Shown here: positions 51,789 through 64,000 of the stretch, in pieces
Numbering within the stretch: the stretch's first letter is position 1
Layout of the letters: every line of letters starts with the position of its first letter
Source of the DNA: Eledone cirrhosa
Taxonomy: Eukaryota
Direction of reading: 5' to 3'
DNA: 64,000 nt
Assembly (NCBI GenBank): GCA_964016885.1
Contig: OZ024745.1
Location: 12,152,001 to 12,216,000, forward strand
Position numbers and translations under genes: made by a program
Notes under the pieces: generated by a model
Databases searched by the model: none
What the model saw: the letters and a program-made list of their open reading frames with translations, nothing else
What the model was told of the DNA's origin: nothing

Positions 51789-54312
51789 TTCTTTATTGGC
51801 CACAAGGACTGACATCAAGAAAAACATTACAGACGGTACAGGACGGTTCGATGTGGGTTTTGTGCGTGTAAAGATTTTTATTATTTATATAAGAAAAGAA
51901 AAAAAAAAGGACATAGAAACATATATATATATAAACAATAAAAATGAAAATTGAAACAATGAAAAATTCCCCAATAGGGGGGAAACCTCCGAGGGTTACT
52001 CGTGGCGAAAACCACACAAAAGACCACGGCCACTCTGACCACCAGGGCAAGCACCCTCTCTCAATTTTTTCCATTCCTCAAGCTACAAGCGTATATTCAG
52101 AGCGGTCCCGTTCACTCGGACCATTCTCGCTACATTCACCCACCTTTCAACAAACTTGCTAGAAGGCAGCACTTGCCTCTCCACCCTGATTTTCCTCTTC
52201 AAGTGAAACTTGAAAGAGTTAATTAGGGATTCAACGAAGAGGAAAGTGTCTGTCTTTAACCCTTTTAACCTTGTCCACCACACAATCTCTTTCGCCATAG
52301 CCACCAGGCAGATGAAAACCACCTGCCCTTCCTCCTCGAAGGAAGACGGCGAGACCATCTGCACAATGGACTCAGTCGATAACCGGATCAGTCCTACACG
52401 CGACAGCAACTGTTCGACATAGCTCCACAAGTCAGCAATGCTCGGGCACTCAACGAGTGCGTGCACGACGGTTTCGTCGCTCTGCGCGCATCTCGGGCAG
52501 GCTCGGGTGACAACACTTCCGTGCCTGTAGAGATTATCTCGAACCGGCATCGCTCCCCGGTAGCACTGCCAGGCCAGGAATTTTTGGAAATTATCCATAG
52601 GCCCTGGGCTGAAAGTTCTCCGGAAGATAGCAAACAGCTGATCTTCTTCGACGCCCAGGATCTCTCCGAGAACGTCGTCGCTCTTCCCCTCCACTATTCC
52701 TCTATAAAACGCCGAGGTGGATGTTCCACCGATACTGGTGCCCAGCTGGCAGAGGGCAGTGAGCGCCTGGAGGCATTCCAGTTTCCAAGCGCTATCCCTC
52801 GGTCTTTTCCTGACCCAGGACTGCAGATCCGTCAAGGAGACGAGCTGTGGGAAAACGTGCCTGGCGAACGGCGAACACACCTGTTCACCGTCAAGGGAGC
52901 ACCAGAGATGCCGCAGCCTCAGCACATGTTTGCGCATCATCAGCCATGGCATGCCCAGTCCTCCACGCAACGGGTGTTGACAGCAGATGGATCGTCTGAC
53001 CATGGGAGCGCGTCTCTTCCACAAAAAGCGGAAGAGGGGGCGCTCCATTTTTGTGAAAGTTGGGCCGGGGCAAGGGACGACGGTGAGGCGGTAACAGATG
53101 ACGGATGCGATGTACGCATTCGCCACCTCCGCCCGGCCTTTCAGGGACAGCTTCCTCTCGGCCCATTTCTGGGTGAGGGAGGCCACCTTGCTCGTCACCT
53201 CGCTCCAGTTTTTCTCCATCTGGAGGTCCAGTCTGAACCAGACGCCGAGAAATTTAACCGGTCCATCCGTCCAACGCCCCACGACGCTGTCGGACGGCAT
53301 GGACTTGCCTCTCCAGGTGCCGAGCTGCAAGCCCACCGACTTTTCCTGGTTTATCTTTGCTCCTGTCATCGCTTCGCATTCCTTGAGAGCGGTGCCGAGC
53401 ATCTGGACGTGTCTGGTACTCGACACCACCACGCTGACGTCGTCGGCGTAAGCCGATTCAGATTTCCCGCATCCTAGTTCACGTGGGACGCCCCTCATCG
53501 CCCCCAGTTTGTGCAGTAACGGCTCGAGAGCCAATACGTACAAGAGGGACGAGAGGGGACAACCCTGGCGGTCCGAGCGCATGATGCTGAACGGCTGCGA
53601 CAGGTGACCGTTCACCCTTACAACTGAGCAGATGTCTCTGTACATCGCAGCGATCCAACCACTGAAAACGGGCCCGAAACCGGCTGCCTCGAGGACCGCC
53701 GCCAGGTACCGATGGTCGACCCTATCGAATGCTTTGGATTGATCCAAGTTGATCAGGGCCCCACTCGTGCCAGGTTCCTTAACCACCCTCTCTATGATGT
53801 ATCGCATGAGGTGGAGGTTGTCGTGGATGGATCTGTCCGGAATGGCGCATGTCTGCGCCTCTCCCACCAGACCACCAACGACAAGCGCCAACCTCGTTGC
53901 TAACACCTTGGCCAAAATCTTGAACTCTGCGTTCAGCAGGGTTATGGGCCTGAAGTTATCGATAACATCCCCCTTGTTCGGATCTTTTCTCAGCAGCGCC
54001 ATCGCTCCCCGGCTCACAAAACTGGGAATGCTCCCGTTCTGCTGCCAGTTGCAGTAGACGTCTGCCAAGAGGTCACCGAACAAGTCTGGCATAAATGCAT
54101 AAAGTTCGTAGGGCAGACCATCCAAACCTGGCGATTTACCCCTCGTGCAGTTAGCCATCGCTTCCCGTATTTCAATGGCTGTTATTGGCTTTTCGCAACA
54201 CTGTGCTGCGGTCGTCGAGAGCCGAGGCAGTCCGTCGAGGTATGCACTGAAGTCTATACCCCGATCCGGCCCGCCGCTGCTCCCTAACAGTTCAGCAATG
54301 TGCTGCTGAAAA
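51788..54312 (-). mobile_element. 5'-truncated Tx1/L1-like LINE (RT and C-terminal Cys-rich region; ORF 52083-54158)
   Basis: KSPGLDGLPYE, NFRPITLLNAEFKILAKVLA, LDQSKAFDRVDH, RQGCPLS, AYADD, GGLG, CPRC..ETVVHALVEC. 3' AATAAA followed by (ATT)n. Confidence 0.92.
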
Positions 54313-54460
54313 GATTAAATCGACCCCAGTACATTACTGGTGCTTTATTTATCGACCCCGTAAGGATGAAAAGCAAAGCTAACTTCGGCGGGAGTTGAAC
54401 TCAGAACGTAAAGGGACGTAACTCTATACCACAAATCATGTGACGCTCTACCAATTCTTG
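54313..54460 (-). mobile_element. S1 SINE abutting the Tx1 5' truncation point
   Basis: Reverse-complement S1 body; tail missing. Confidence 0.75.
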
Positions 54461-54999
54461 CCCACAACACACCTCCTCTATACAACTGTAAAGGTGTGTG
54501 AGCTACTCATTTCAGATATCCGCCTCGGTCTCCGCTTGACCCAAAACTGAAGTTTAGTCAACGAGACGAACAAGGAAAAGATATGGCAAATATTTTCAAA
54601 TGCCATAACCTCAGTACTTGTTTGTGCAACAGTCACTTCTTCCACTTTTATTTTCTCACAAATTTGTGGCCGAGCGATAAGATTTTTATCTTTCTCCCTG
54701 AAGTGTTCGAAACTTTAGTCCTCTCCTTCCTCGCGATATAAAATATATTTTATTGTTAAAACTATTTTTATTACTTTTGCTGACGTAAAATATCACTAGT
54801 TTCTTGATATTCGGTTGTTTTATTTTTTTTTTAAATGACTTTGTGCCAAATCAAAAGAAATCATTATTTGAGTAACAGTCAGATTTCTTAATAAAAGCCA
54901 GTGAACTCGGCTGTCAAATATTTTCCACTCAAGAAAACAAAGCGAATAATTGCAGAAAGTGATATATAGAGAGAAGAGAGTAAGAAAAAAATGTAGAAA

Positions 55000-55120
<121 letters not shown>

Positions 55121-55667
55121 TTAAATCTGTTAATAGATTTGTCTTCATTCTTTTATTATAAATTCTTTCTCTTTGCCGTTTCTTTCTCTGATTGCTGGAC
55201 TATTATTATATAGGCTTTTGTGAATGTTTACTTAGCCCAAACACATCTGCTTGTACAAACTCTTATCTAGCATCCAATGCACACCTGTCACCTCAAATGA
55301 TGACTTTAAGAAACTACAGGCCCTTGACAAATTTATTCGTCTGTTTTCTTATAAATTGGAAATCCTTGCTAATTCTTGTGTACCTCCAAAAAGCTATTAT
55401 CAATAACAGTCTCATTACTGATATATATATCGTTTGCTGTTCAATAGACAAATATATTTGTTCAGTAATGATACTGTTTGTTATGAAATTGCGTTCTTTC
55501 AATTTATTTTCGTTTTTTAATAATTTTTTTTCTTTTAATTTTCGAACATTGCTCTGCGATGTTTTGGTTTTCCGGCAAAATATTTCAAGTAGGAATTTAT
55601 AAAATATATTAAAATACAGAAAAAAAAGTTGGAGGTGCATTAGATATCCCCAAGAATATCAATGAAG

Positions 55668-56134
55668 TTTGAAGATAATACCAGTCTTTTAACTTTGAAG
55701 ATAATACCAGGTTTTTAACTTTGAAGATAATACCAGTCTTTTAACTTTGAAAATAATTGTTTCTACTTTTGGCACAAGGCCAGCAATTACTCAGTGCATT
55801 ACTGGTACTTTATTTTATCGACCCCGTAAGGATGAAAGGCAAAGTAAACCTCGGCGGGATTTACCAGTCTTTTAACTTTAAAAATAATTGTTACTACTTT
55901 TGGTACAAGGCCAGCAATTATCCCAGTATATTACTGGTACTTTATTTTATCGACCACGTAAGGTTGAAAGGCAAAGTTAACCTCGGCCGGATTTGAACTC
56001 AGACCATAAAGGGACGTAACTGTGCTGCAAAGCATGGTGTCTGACTCTTATGCTTTAACTTTGAAGATAACACCAGTCTTTTAACTTTGACGATAATACC
56101 GGTCTTTTAACTTTGAAGATAATACCAGTCTTTT
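55668..56134. repeat. 26-bp minisatellite interrupted by two S1 SINE copies (55755-55862 and 55884-56050, both -)
   Basis: Unit tttgaagataataccagtcttttaac occurs on both sides of and between the SINEs. Confidence 0.85.
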
Positions 56135-56539
56135 CAATACAGATATGTAAGAAACCTAGCTGTCAAAGTAAAATAAAGTTATGGCAACTAGGGAATGTAT
56201 CTATCATCCTATTTGTAATTGGGATAAATTCTGTAACACAAAAGCAGTTCTGTAAAGGTAATAACAAATTATCTATCAGTATAGACAAAAGAACATTCCA
56301 GAAAATAATAATACTAAGATTTACAAACGTTGTTAGGGTATTTTCATGCAGTATCTATTAAATTTAGACTTACCAAATTCAGAGTATTTCATTAGAAATA
56401 CGGTGATAAAAGACTACATCATCTTTACATGTGGAAGATTCAGCAGTTTCCATAGGTTCTACCTAATTCATGTTATACAAATTGTAACTCTTCATATATT
56501 TACTAAACCATGAATTATTATTATTCATTTCTTCTAAGA

Positions 56540-56762
56540 CCGGTAGATTGGCAGTAGAATCGGTAGAGCGTCAGACTACATACTTTGCGGCATAAAGTTA
56601 CGGTCTTTTATGTTCTGATTTCAAATCCCGCCGAGGTTAGCTTTGCCTTTCATTCTTATGGAGTCAATAAAATAAAGTACTAGTAATGCACTGGAGTCGA
56701 TTTAATCGACTTTCCCCTCCAAAAAACATTGTTGACCTTGTGCCTAAATCAGAAACCATTAT
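56540..56762 (+). mobile_element. S1 SINE
   Basis: S1 consensus. Confidence 0.8.
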
Positions 56763-56879
56763 TCATCTCTTCTATTTGCTCGGCATTTCGTTGTTCCTCT
56801 GTCGTTGAGTTTCTAGACCTCAAGCTGTTTCCTGCAGTCATAGGTATCTACTACCTTTCCATGAGACTTGCTGTGCCAA

Positions 56880-57560
56880 GCAAATATCATGAAATTCACG
56901 TCTATATCCAACATCTTCAGCCAACCATCCAAACCTCTGGCCATTGTCTATATCCAACATCTTCAGCCAACCATCCAAACTTCTGGCCATCATCCCTATG
57001 GTGTCCAATTGGGATAACAACTTCAGAAAATAATTTCAGATATCGTATTTCAAGTCTTTCTACTTTTATATCTTCTCGCTTTCTTTGTATCTCGAATGAA
57101 ATAGGCAAGCAACAACGAATAACCAACACACACTTTCGTCTTTATTGGGTATAACAATATCTGGATTTGAACATTCCATTTGCCTCTGCTTTTGTATCTT
57201 CGTGTCCCATAATACTTTTACGCAATTGTTTTCAAGAACACCTTCTGGTTTGTGGCTATATCACTTCTTCGTATGTTCAAATTCAAACTTTTTATACATT
57301 CGCCATTGTAAGATTGTAGCAACTTTGCCGTATCTCCAGTTTTATAATGTTTTATCTTTCGTGTTTTTAATTACAATGTCTGAGATGTTTGCTTTGATTT
57401 CCCAAAGTTCTACCTCCTTCTACTCTTCCTCAGTAAATTCTATCAATAATCTTTGGATGATGCATCTTCACTGTTGTCAGCATTTTCCTTGTTTTAGTAT
57501 CTTGTTTCTTTCACTCATTGTCCAGTTGCTGTTGAAACTGTACCTTACTACAGGTATAAC
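56880..57560 (-). pseudogene. Old degenerate Dong/R4 RLE-domain relic
   Basis: The - strand reads SHKPEGVLENNCVKVLWD..NPDIVIPNKDESVCWLFVVAC..KDLKYDI, with stops. Confidence 0.65.
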
Positions 57561-57580
57561 CAGATTAGAGAACATTATTA

Positions 57581-57775
57581 TAGGTGGTGGATTGGCAGTA
57601 TCGGTAGAGAGTCGGACACCATGCTTTGACGCATAGGGTTACGTCCCTTTATGATCTGAGTTCAAATCCCGCCGAGGTTAACTTTGCCTTTCATCCTTAC
57701 AGGGTCGATAAAATAAAGTACCAGTAATACACTAGGTAATTGCTGGCCTTGTGCCAAAAGTAGAAACAATTATTA
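57581..57775 (+). mobile_element. S1 SINE
   Basis: Full S1 consensus; its (ATT)n tail runs into an R4 3' end. Confidence 0.87.
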
Positions 57776-57783
57776 TTATTATT

Positions 57784-59360
57784 ACAGTTGCATTTATCTT
57801 GCTTTATGTTCATACGAGCTATCACCAAGTCACAACCAGTGACGTCAAGAGACAACAAGGTCCGCCATGTTCAAGAAAGAACACACACACACATGCATCT
57901 TTAGGTGTTTAGACTTGTGATGTACTTATATTGACAGAATATTCCTTAGTATATGGGCAGTACCCATTAGTACTATCTTTTGTATTTCTTCTATACGCGT
58001 GTTTCCTGGGATTTGGGATAAGTAATCATTAGACCCCTTAGGTATCATTCCCAGAGCGCCTACAACCACTGGTATTGTTTTAGTTCTCAATTTCCACATT
58101 TTTCCAATTTCTATCTCCAGGTCCGTATACTTGCTCAATTTTTCAAATGTTTTTATAGATACATTCTTGTCTATTGGAACGGACATATCAATTAGCAGGC
58201 ATAGCCTCTTTTTAAAGTCCTTCAGTATTATATCACGTCTATTTGCATCTATTTTTCGGTCTGTTTGGATGCTAAAGTTCCACAAGATTGAGATGTGATC
58301 TTTTTCAAGTACGGGGGGTGGTTGATGCTCCCACCAATTCTTTTGATGGGGCAGATCAAAATGCTTACACATTATCCAATGTATGTATTGTGCAGCTCTG
58401 TCGTGCCTGTTTAGGTATTCGGTTGGAGCTATAGGACTGCACATTGAAATTATATGATCAATGGTCTCTGGTTGTTTTTTTACATACACGTCATAATGGG
58501 TTGCATCCATTTTTTATTATGTTGGCTTGGTAATTTTTTGTTGGCAGACACTGATCTTGTGCTGATATAATCAGTCCTTCAGTTTGCGATTTCAGTCAAG
58601 AGGATGCCAACCATTGATGGGTTAAAGTTTTGTCAACATCAGGATTGTTAGCTCTTTCTGGGTATTTTCCATACAGAGGCTTTTCTTGCCATTTCTTAGC
58701 CAGTTCTGTAGCAGTTCTTTCTTTGCAGTTACTTTTACCTGCTTTGCTTTTTCTGTGTTTTTCATTTCAGCAGTAAATGGAACTTCTGAAATTTGTAGTT
58801 CATAACTGTATCTTTGTGCATTTTTGTAAAGAGTTCGATCATCCAATTATGTGATTCCCTTAGATATGTAGATAATCCAATTGTTGCAGTTTTCAACGCA
58901 ATGTCTAACTGGATTAACCCACGTCCTCCTTCTTTCCTAGGGAGATATATTCTATCTATATCTACCTTAGGGTGATGCATTCTGTGCATGATTAAGAATT
59001 TTCTAATTATTGTATCGAGCGTACGGATCTCTGTGCTTGACCAGTTGATGACATTGTAACTGCAGGTTACTACTGGTATGGCAAGCGTGTTTATGGCATC
59101 GATCCTATTCCTTGCATTCAATTCCGTTCTTAAGATTGCTCTTACTCTGCGGTAACATTCCTTCCTTATCGATTCCCTCATTGTCGAGTGCTTGATTCCG
59201 TCTCCTTCACAAACACCTAGATATTTGTAAGTTTCCTCTTGATCAAGTTCTCTTATCACATTCCCCCGATCAAGATTAATGTCTGAATTTTTCAGCAGCT
59301 TTCCTCTGGTGAACGTTGCTTTGGCGCATTTATCTGGTCCAAACTCCATTTTAATGTCAA
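57784..59360 (-). mobile_element. 5'-truncated, disrupted Dong/R4 LINE (family B)
   Basis: Close homolog of 61556-64000 with frameshifts and a small deletion (ORF pieces 57926-58510 and 58762-59412). Confidence 0.9.
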
Positions 59361-59392
59361 ATAATGTTATTATTATTATTATTATTATTATT

Positions 59393-60965
59393 GTTCTTTG
59401 AGTCTCAGTCATTGATGTTAGTTAACTGGAAAGTTTGTTGAAATGAATATCAAGCCATTACCTGCAGCCTCAGATATTCAGGACGTATCGGAGGGTTCTT
59501 GCTGTTCCCAGCAAGCATGCCTTTTGAAGTGTTCCAAAAAGCGTGGCGGGGCCAATTTTCTTTAACCATCCCTGGAAACTTTTTGAGATAGTACTTAGTG
59601 CGCCTATGACAATCGGGACCACTTTGACTTCATGGCAGTTCCAAATCCTTTTTACCTCCCACTTTAAGTCCTGGTATCGGTTAATTTTCTCCCTCTCCTT
59701 CTCTTGCACTCTCGTGCTGAATGGGCAGGCCACATCCACAATCAGGCACGATCTATTTTCCTTGTCCAAAACCACCAGGTCAGGTCTATTGTATTCTAGT
59801 TTCTTGTCCGTCTGTATCCTAAAATCCCACAGCACCTTCACCTGATCGTTTTCTATCACCGACTCTGGCTTATGCTCATACCACTTCTCAGAATGTGGTA
59901 AATTGTTTACTCTGCATAGGTGCCAGTGGATCACCCTGCCCATCACATCATGTCTCCAGCCCTTATAGTGAGTCTGGGCTAGGTGTTTACACGCGGATAC
60001 AATGTGAGCCACAATCTCCTCTCTCTCTCCACAGATCCTGCACAGTGGGCTAGCCTCCTCCTTGTAAATATGGTGTTTCAACCACTTCGTTTTGAGGGCC
60101 TGCTCTTGCGCAGCCATTAACATTCCTTCTCTAGCCTTTTTAAGGTCTCCTCTTTTCAACCAGTTCCATGTCTGTGGATCTCTGAATTCAGTTTTCTCAA
60201 AGAAGGTACTATGAAGGGATTTTTCATGAAGGCTGCTCTTTCTCCTTGTTGATATTTCCTCCTTGGACATCCCCTGGTCTATTGTTCTCTCCTTCAGTAC
60301 AAATCTGAGCATTGGCTCCTTACGATCAGTCACGTATTTGTGTAGGTTGTTTTTCTCCATCTGAACACAGTCCTCTATGCTGATAAGACCTCTTCCACCT
60401 TCAGATCTCTTTAAGTAGAGTCTATCGACATCACTCCTCTTGTGGAACATGTTGTAGATAGTCAATAGCTTCCTAGTCTTCCTATCCATTTCTTTTTGTT
60501 CAGCAACATTCCATCTCAGAATTCCCGCACTGTACCTAATAATAGACACAGCTCGGGAATTTACTACACTTATGGCATTCCTACTGTTCAGATGTGACTT
60601 TAATACGCTCCTTATTCTCCGAATGTATTCAAATCTTATCAATACATTCATTTTGTTGTTCTTGATGTCATCGGGCTCCAGAACACCCAAATACTTGTAC
60701 CCTTCTTCAGTGTCAATTTCCTTTATCATCTCACCTGTTGGTACCTGGATTCCGTTGCTTCTGCTCAATTTACCCCTCTTCATCACAAGGACTCCACACT
60801 TACTAATACCAAATTGCATACATATATCATTGCTGAAAATACGGACAGTGTCAACAAGCACATCCAACTCCACCTCACTCTTCACGAAGAGCTTAAGATC
60901 GTCCATGAGAGGAGGTGATTGATGGTAAGCTCTCCCTTTCCCAACTTGTATCCTGCTCTCACTTT
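59393..60965 (-). mobile_element. 5'-truncated Dong/R4 LINE (subfamily A2; ORF 59470-60906)
   Basis: MDDLKLF RT motif, YKYLGV, CCHC knuckle, RHD, PD..D RLE motifs; (TTA)n flanks. Confidence 0.92.
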
Positions 60966-60966
60966 A

Positions 60967-61020
<54 letters not shown>

Positions 61021-61034
61021 GTTGTTGTTGTTAT

Positions 61035-61533
61035 TCCTTGAATCTCAGTCATTGATGTTGGTTAACTGGAAAGTCCGTTGGAATGAATATCAAGCCACTA
61101 CCTGCAGCCTCAGATATTCAGGACGTATCGGAGGGTTCTTGCTGTTCCCAGCAAGCATGCCTTTTGAAGCGTTCCAAAAAGCGTGAAGGGGCCGATTTTC
61201 TTTAACCATCCCTGGAAACTTTTGGAGATAGTCCCCAGTGCGCCTATGACAATCGGGATCACTTTGACTTCATGGCAGTTCCAAATCCTTTTCACCTCCC
61301 ACTTTAAGTCCTGGTATCGGTTAATTTTCTCCCTCTCCTTCTCTTGCACTCTCGTGTCGAATGGGCAGGCCACATCCACAATCAGACACGATCTTTTTTC
61401 TTTGTCCACAACCACCAGGTCAGGTCTATTGTGTTCCAGTTTCTTGTCCGTCTGTATCCTAAAATCCCACAGCACCTTCACCTGATCGTTCTCCATCACC
61501 GCCTCTGGCCTATGCTCATACCATTTCTCAGAA
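61035..61533 (-). mobile_element. Short Dong/R4 3' fragment (subfamily A1)
   Basis: RLE domain and 3' UTR nearly identical to those of 49886-51060. Confidence 0.9.
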
Positions 61534-61555
61534 TTATTATTATTATTATTATTAT

Positions 61556-64000
61556 TACAGTTGCATTTATCTTGCTTTATGTTCATACGAGTTATCACCA
61601 AGTCACAACCAGTGACCTCAAGAGACAACAAGGTCCGCCATGTTCAAGAAAGAACATACATATTCACACATGCATCTTTAGTGTTTAGACTTGTGATGTA
61701 CTTATATTGACAGAATCTTCCTTAGTATATAGGCAGTTCCCATTAGTACTATCTTTTGTATTTCTCCTATACGCGGGTTTCCTGGGATTTGCGATATGTA
61801 ATCATTAGACCCCTTAGGTATCATTCCCAGAGCGCCTACAACTACTGGTATTGTTTTAGTTCTCAATTTCCACATTTTTCCAATTTCTATCTCCAGGTCC
61901 TTATACTTGCTCAATTTTTCAAATGTTTTTATAGATACATTCTTGTCTATTGGAACAGACATATCAATTAGCAGGTATACCCTCTTTTGAAAGTCTTTCA
62001 ATACTATATCAGGTCTGTTTGCATCTATTTTTCGGTCTGTTTGGATGCTAAAGTTCCACAAGATTGAGATGTGATATTTTTCAAGTATGGGAGGTGGTTG
62101 ATGCTCCTACCAATTCTTTTGATGGGGCAGGTCAAAATGCTTACACATTATCCAATGTATGTATTGTGCAGCTCTGTCATGCCTGTTTAGGTATTCGGTT
62201 GGAGCTATAGGACTGCACATTGAAATTATATGGTCAATGGTCTCTGGTTGTTTTTTGCATACACGGCATAATGGGCTGCACCCATTTTTTATTATGTTGG
62301 CTTGGTAATTTTTTGTTGGCAGACACTGATCTTGTGCCGATATAATCAGTCCTTCAGTCTCCGATTTCAGTCCAGAGGATGCCAACCACTGATGGGTTAA
62401 AGTTTTGTCAACATCAGGATTGTTAGCTCGCTCTGGGTATTTTCCATACAGAGGCTTTTCTTGCCATTTCTTAGCCAGTTTCTGTAGCAGTTCTTTCTTT
62501 GCAGTTACTTTTATCTGCTTTGCTTTTTCTGTGTTTTCCATTTCAGCAGTAAATGGGACTTCTGAAATTTGTAGTCCATTACTGTATCTTTGTGCATCTT
62601 TTGTAATGTAATATGATCTTTTGATGCTTTCGTGTTTCAAAACGAGTTTGATCATCCAATCATGTGATTCCCTTAGATATCTAGATAATCCAATTCTTGC
62701 AGTTTTCAACGCAATGTCTAACTGGATTAACCCACGTCCTCCTTCTTTCCTAGGGAGATATATTCTATCTATATCTGCCTTAGGGTGATGCATTCTGTGC
62801 ATGGTTAAGAATTTTCGAATTTTTGTATCGAGCCTACGGATCTCTGTGCTTGACCAGTTGATGACATTGTAACTGTAGGTTACTACTGGTATGGCAAGCG
62901 TGTTTATGGCATCGATCCTATTCCTTGCATTCAAATCCGTTCTTAAGATTGCTCTTACTCTGCGGTAACATTCCTTCCTTATCCTTTCCCTCATTGTCGA
63001 GTGCTTGATTCCGTCTCCTTCACAAACACCTAGATATTTGTAAGTTTTTTCTTGATCAAGTTCTCTTATCACGTTCCCCCGATCAAGATTAATGTCTGAA
63101 CTCTTCAGCAGCTTTCCTCTGGTGAACGTTGCTTTGGCGCATTTATCTAGTCCAAACTCCATTTTAATGTCATCACTGAACTGCTTCACAGTGGATAATA
63201 GTCCTTGCAATTGTTCATCATTTTTTGCAAATAGTTTCAGGTCATCCATGTAGAACAGGTGATTAATGGTTTTGTCATAGACTTTATATCCATGTTTTGT
63301 TTCATTGAGCATTTTACTTAATGGTATAAGTGCGATGCAGAATAAAAGCGGTGATAAAGAGTCACCCTGAAAAATTCCACAATTAATATTAACTTCTCCA
63401 GCTTCCAGTGATTTTGTTTCACTATTCAAAAGGAGTGTCGTTTTCCATGTCTTCATACTGAATGACAAAAACCTCCTGACAACGGGGGATACTTTGAAAA
63501 TTTCTAAACATTTTTCAATCCAACTGTGTGGCAAACTACCAAATGCTTTTTTATAATCTATCCAAGCAATCGATAGATTTTTGTGTCTATTATGACAATC
63601 TTCCAGTATCATTTTGTTAACCAGAAGCTTATCCTTACAGCCATATGAACCTCGTTTACACCCTTTCTGCTCAATGGGAAATAGGTCATTTGTTATCAGG
63701 TGGTCATATGTGTATTCAGTTAGGACTGATGTTAAAATTTTATACATTGTGGTCAAGCAAGTTATCGGTCTGTAATTTTTGGGATTGTTTGTCTCATCAT
63801 TCTTCGGTAGCAGGAATGTAATGCCGTTAACTAGCCATGAAGGTATCTTTTCTGGCTCCTTAACTATTTCATTGTAAAGTTGGGCTAACAGCTCATGAGA
63901 CTCTGTGAAGGCATTTATCCAAAAGTTTTGTATTTTGTCTTTTCCTGGGGATTTCCATTTGCTGGTTTTTCTTAGAGCCAAGCGCAACTGTTCAACTGTT
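61556..64000 (-). mobile_element. Dong/R4 LINE (family B) running off the window end; ORF broken by one nonsense codon
   Basis: WKSPGKD, NYRPITCL, WIDYKKAF, GIFQGDSLSP, FYMDD, CRVC..H..C, RHD, RPDIVL. ORFs 62107-63987 and 61702-62061 share a frame, separated by a TAG where the 57784 copy has TGG. Confidence 0.93.

Noticed and set aside
52461-54057. Several + strand ORFs up to 338 aa
   Set aside because: Antisense shadows of the GC-rich Tx1 RT ORF.

Overview
Eukaryotic, AT-rich and extremely repeat-dense DNA. The SINE, Dong/R4, Penelope and minisatellite content suggests a cephalopod such as Octopus, but this is inferred and not proven. The only host coding sequence I can support is the last exon of a copper amine oxidase (AOC1/AOC3-like, 9325-9606, +). 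The rest consists of several kb-scale minisatellites, about 20 tRNA-type SINE copies, a 5'-truncated Naiad-like Penelope element (PLE) with an inverted pLTR, a second PLE fragment, a defective Tc1 IR/DR transposon, a non-autonomous Helitron, a Tx1/L1-like LINE, RTE fragments and chains of Dong/R4 RLE-LINEs in (TAA)n. The most striking signal is about 15 short palindromic insertions with a one-sided tail, from several unrelated families, nearly all in (TA)n tracts. Many carry whole or half type I hammerhead ribozyme (HHR) motifs. In five of them the axis of symmetry lies in HHR stem II. One element (27908-28610) looks like a retrozyme copied about 1.35 times around a ~521-nt monomer, starting at its HHR cleavage site. 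Most short ORFs in the supplied track are microsatellite artefacts or antisense shadows.
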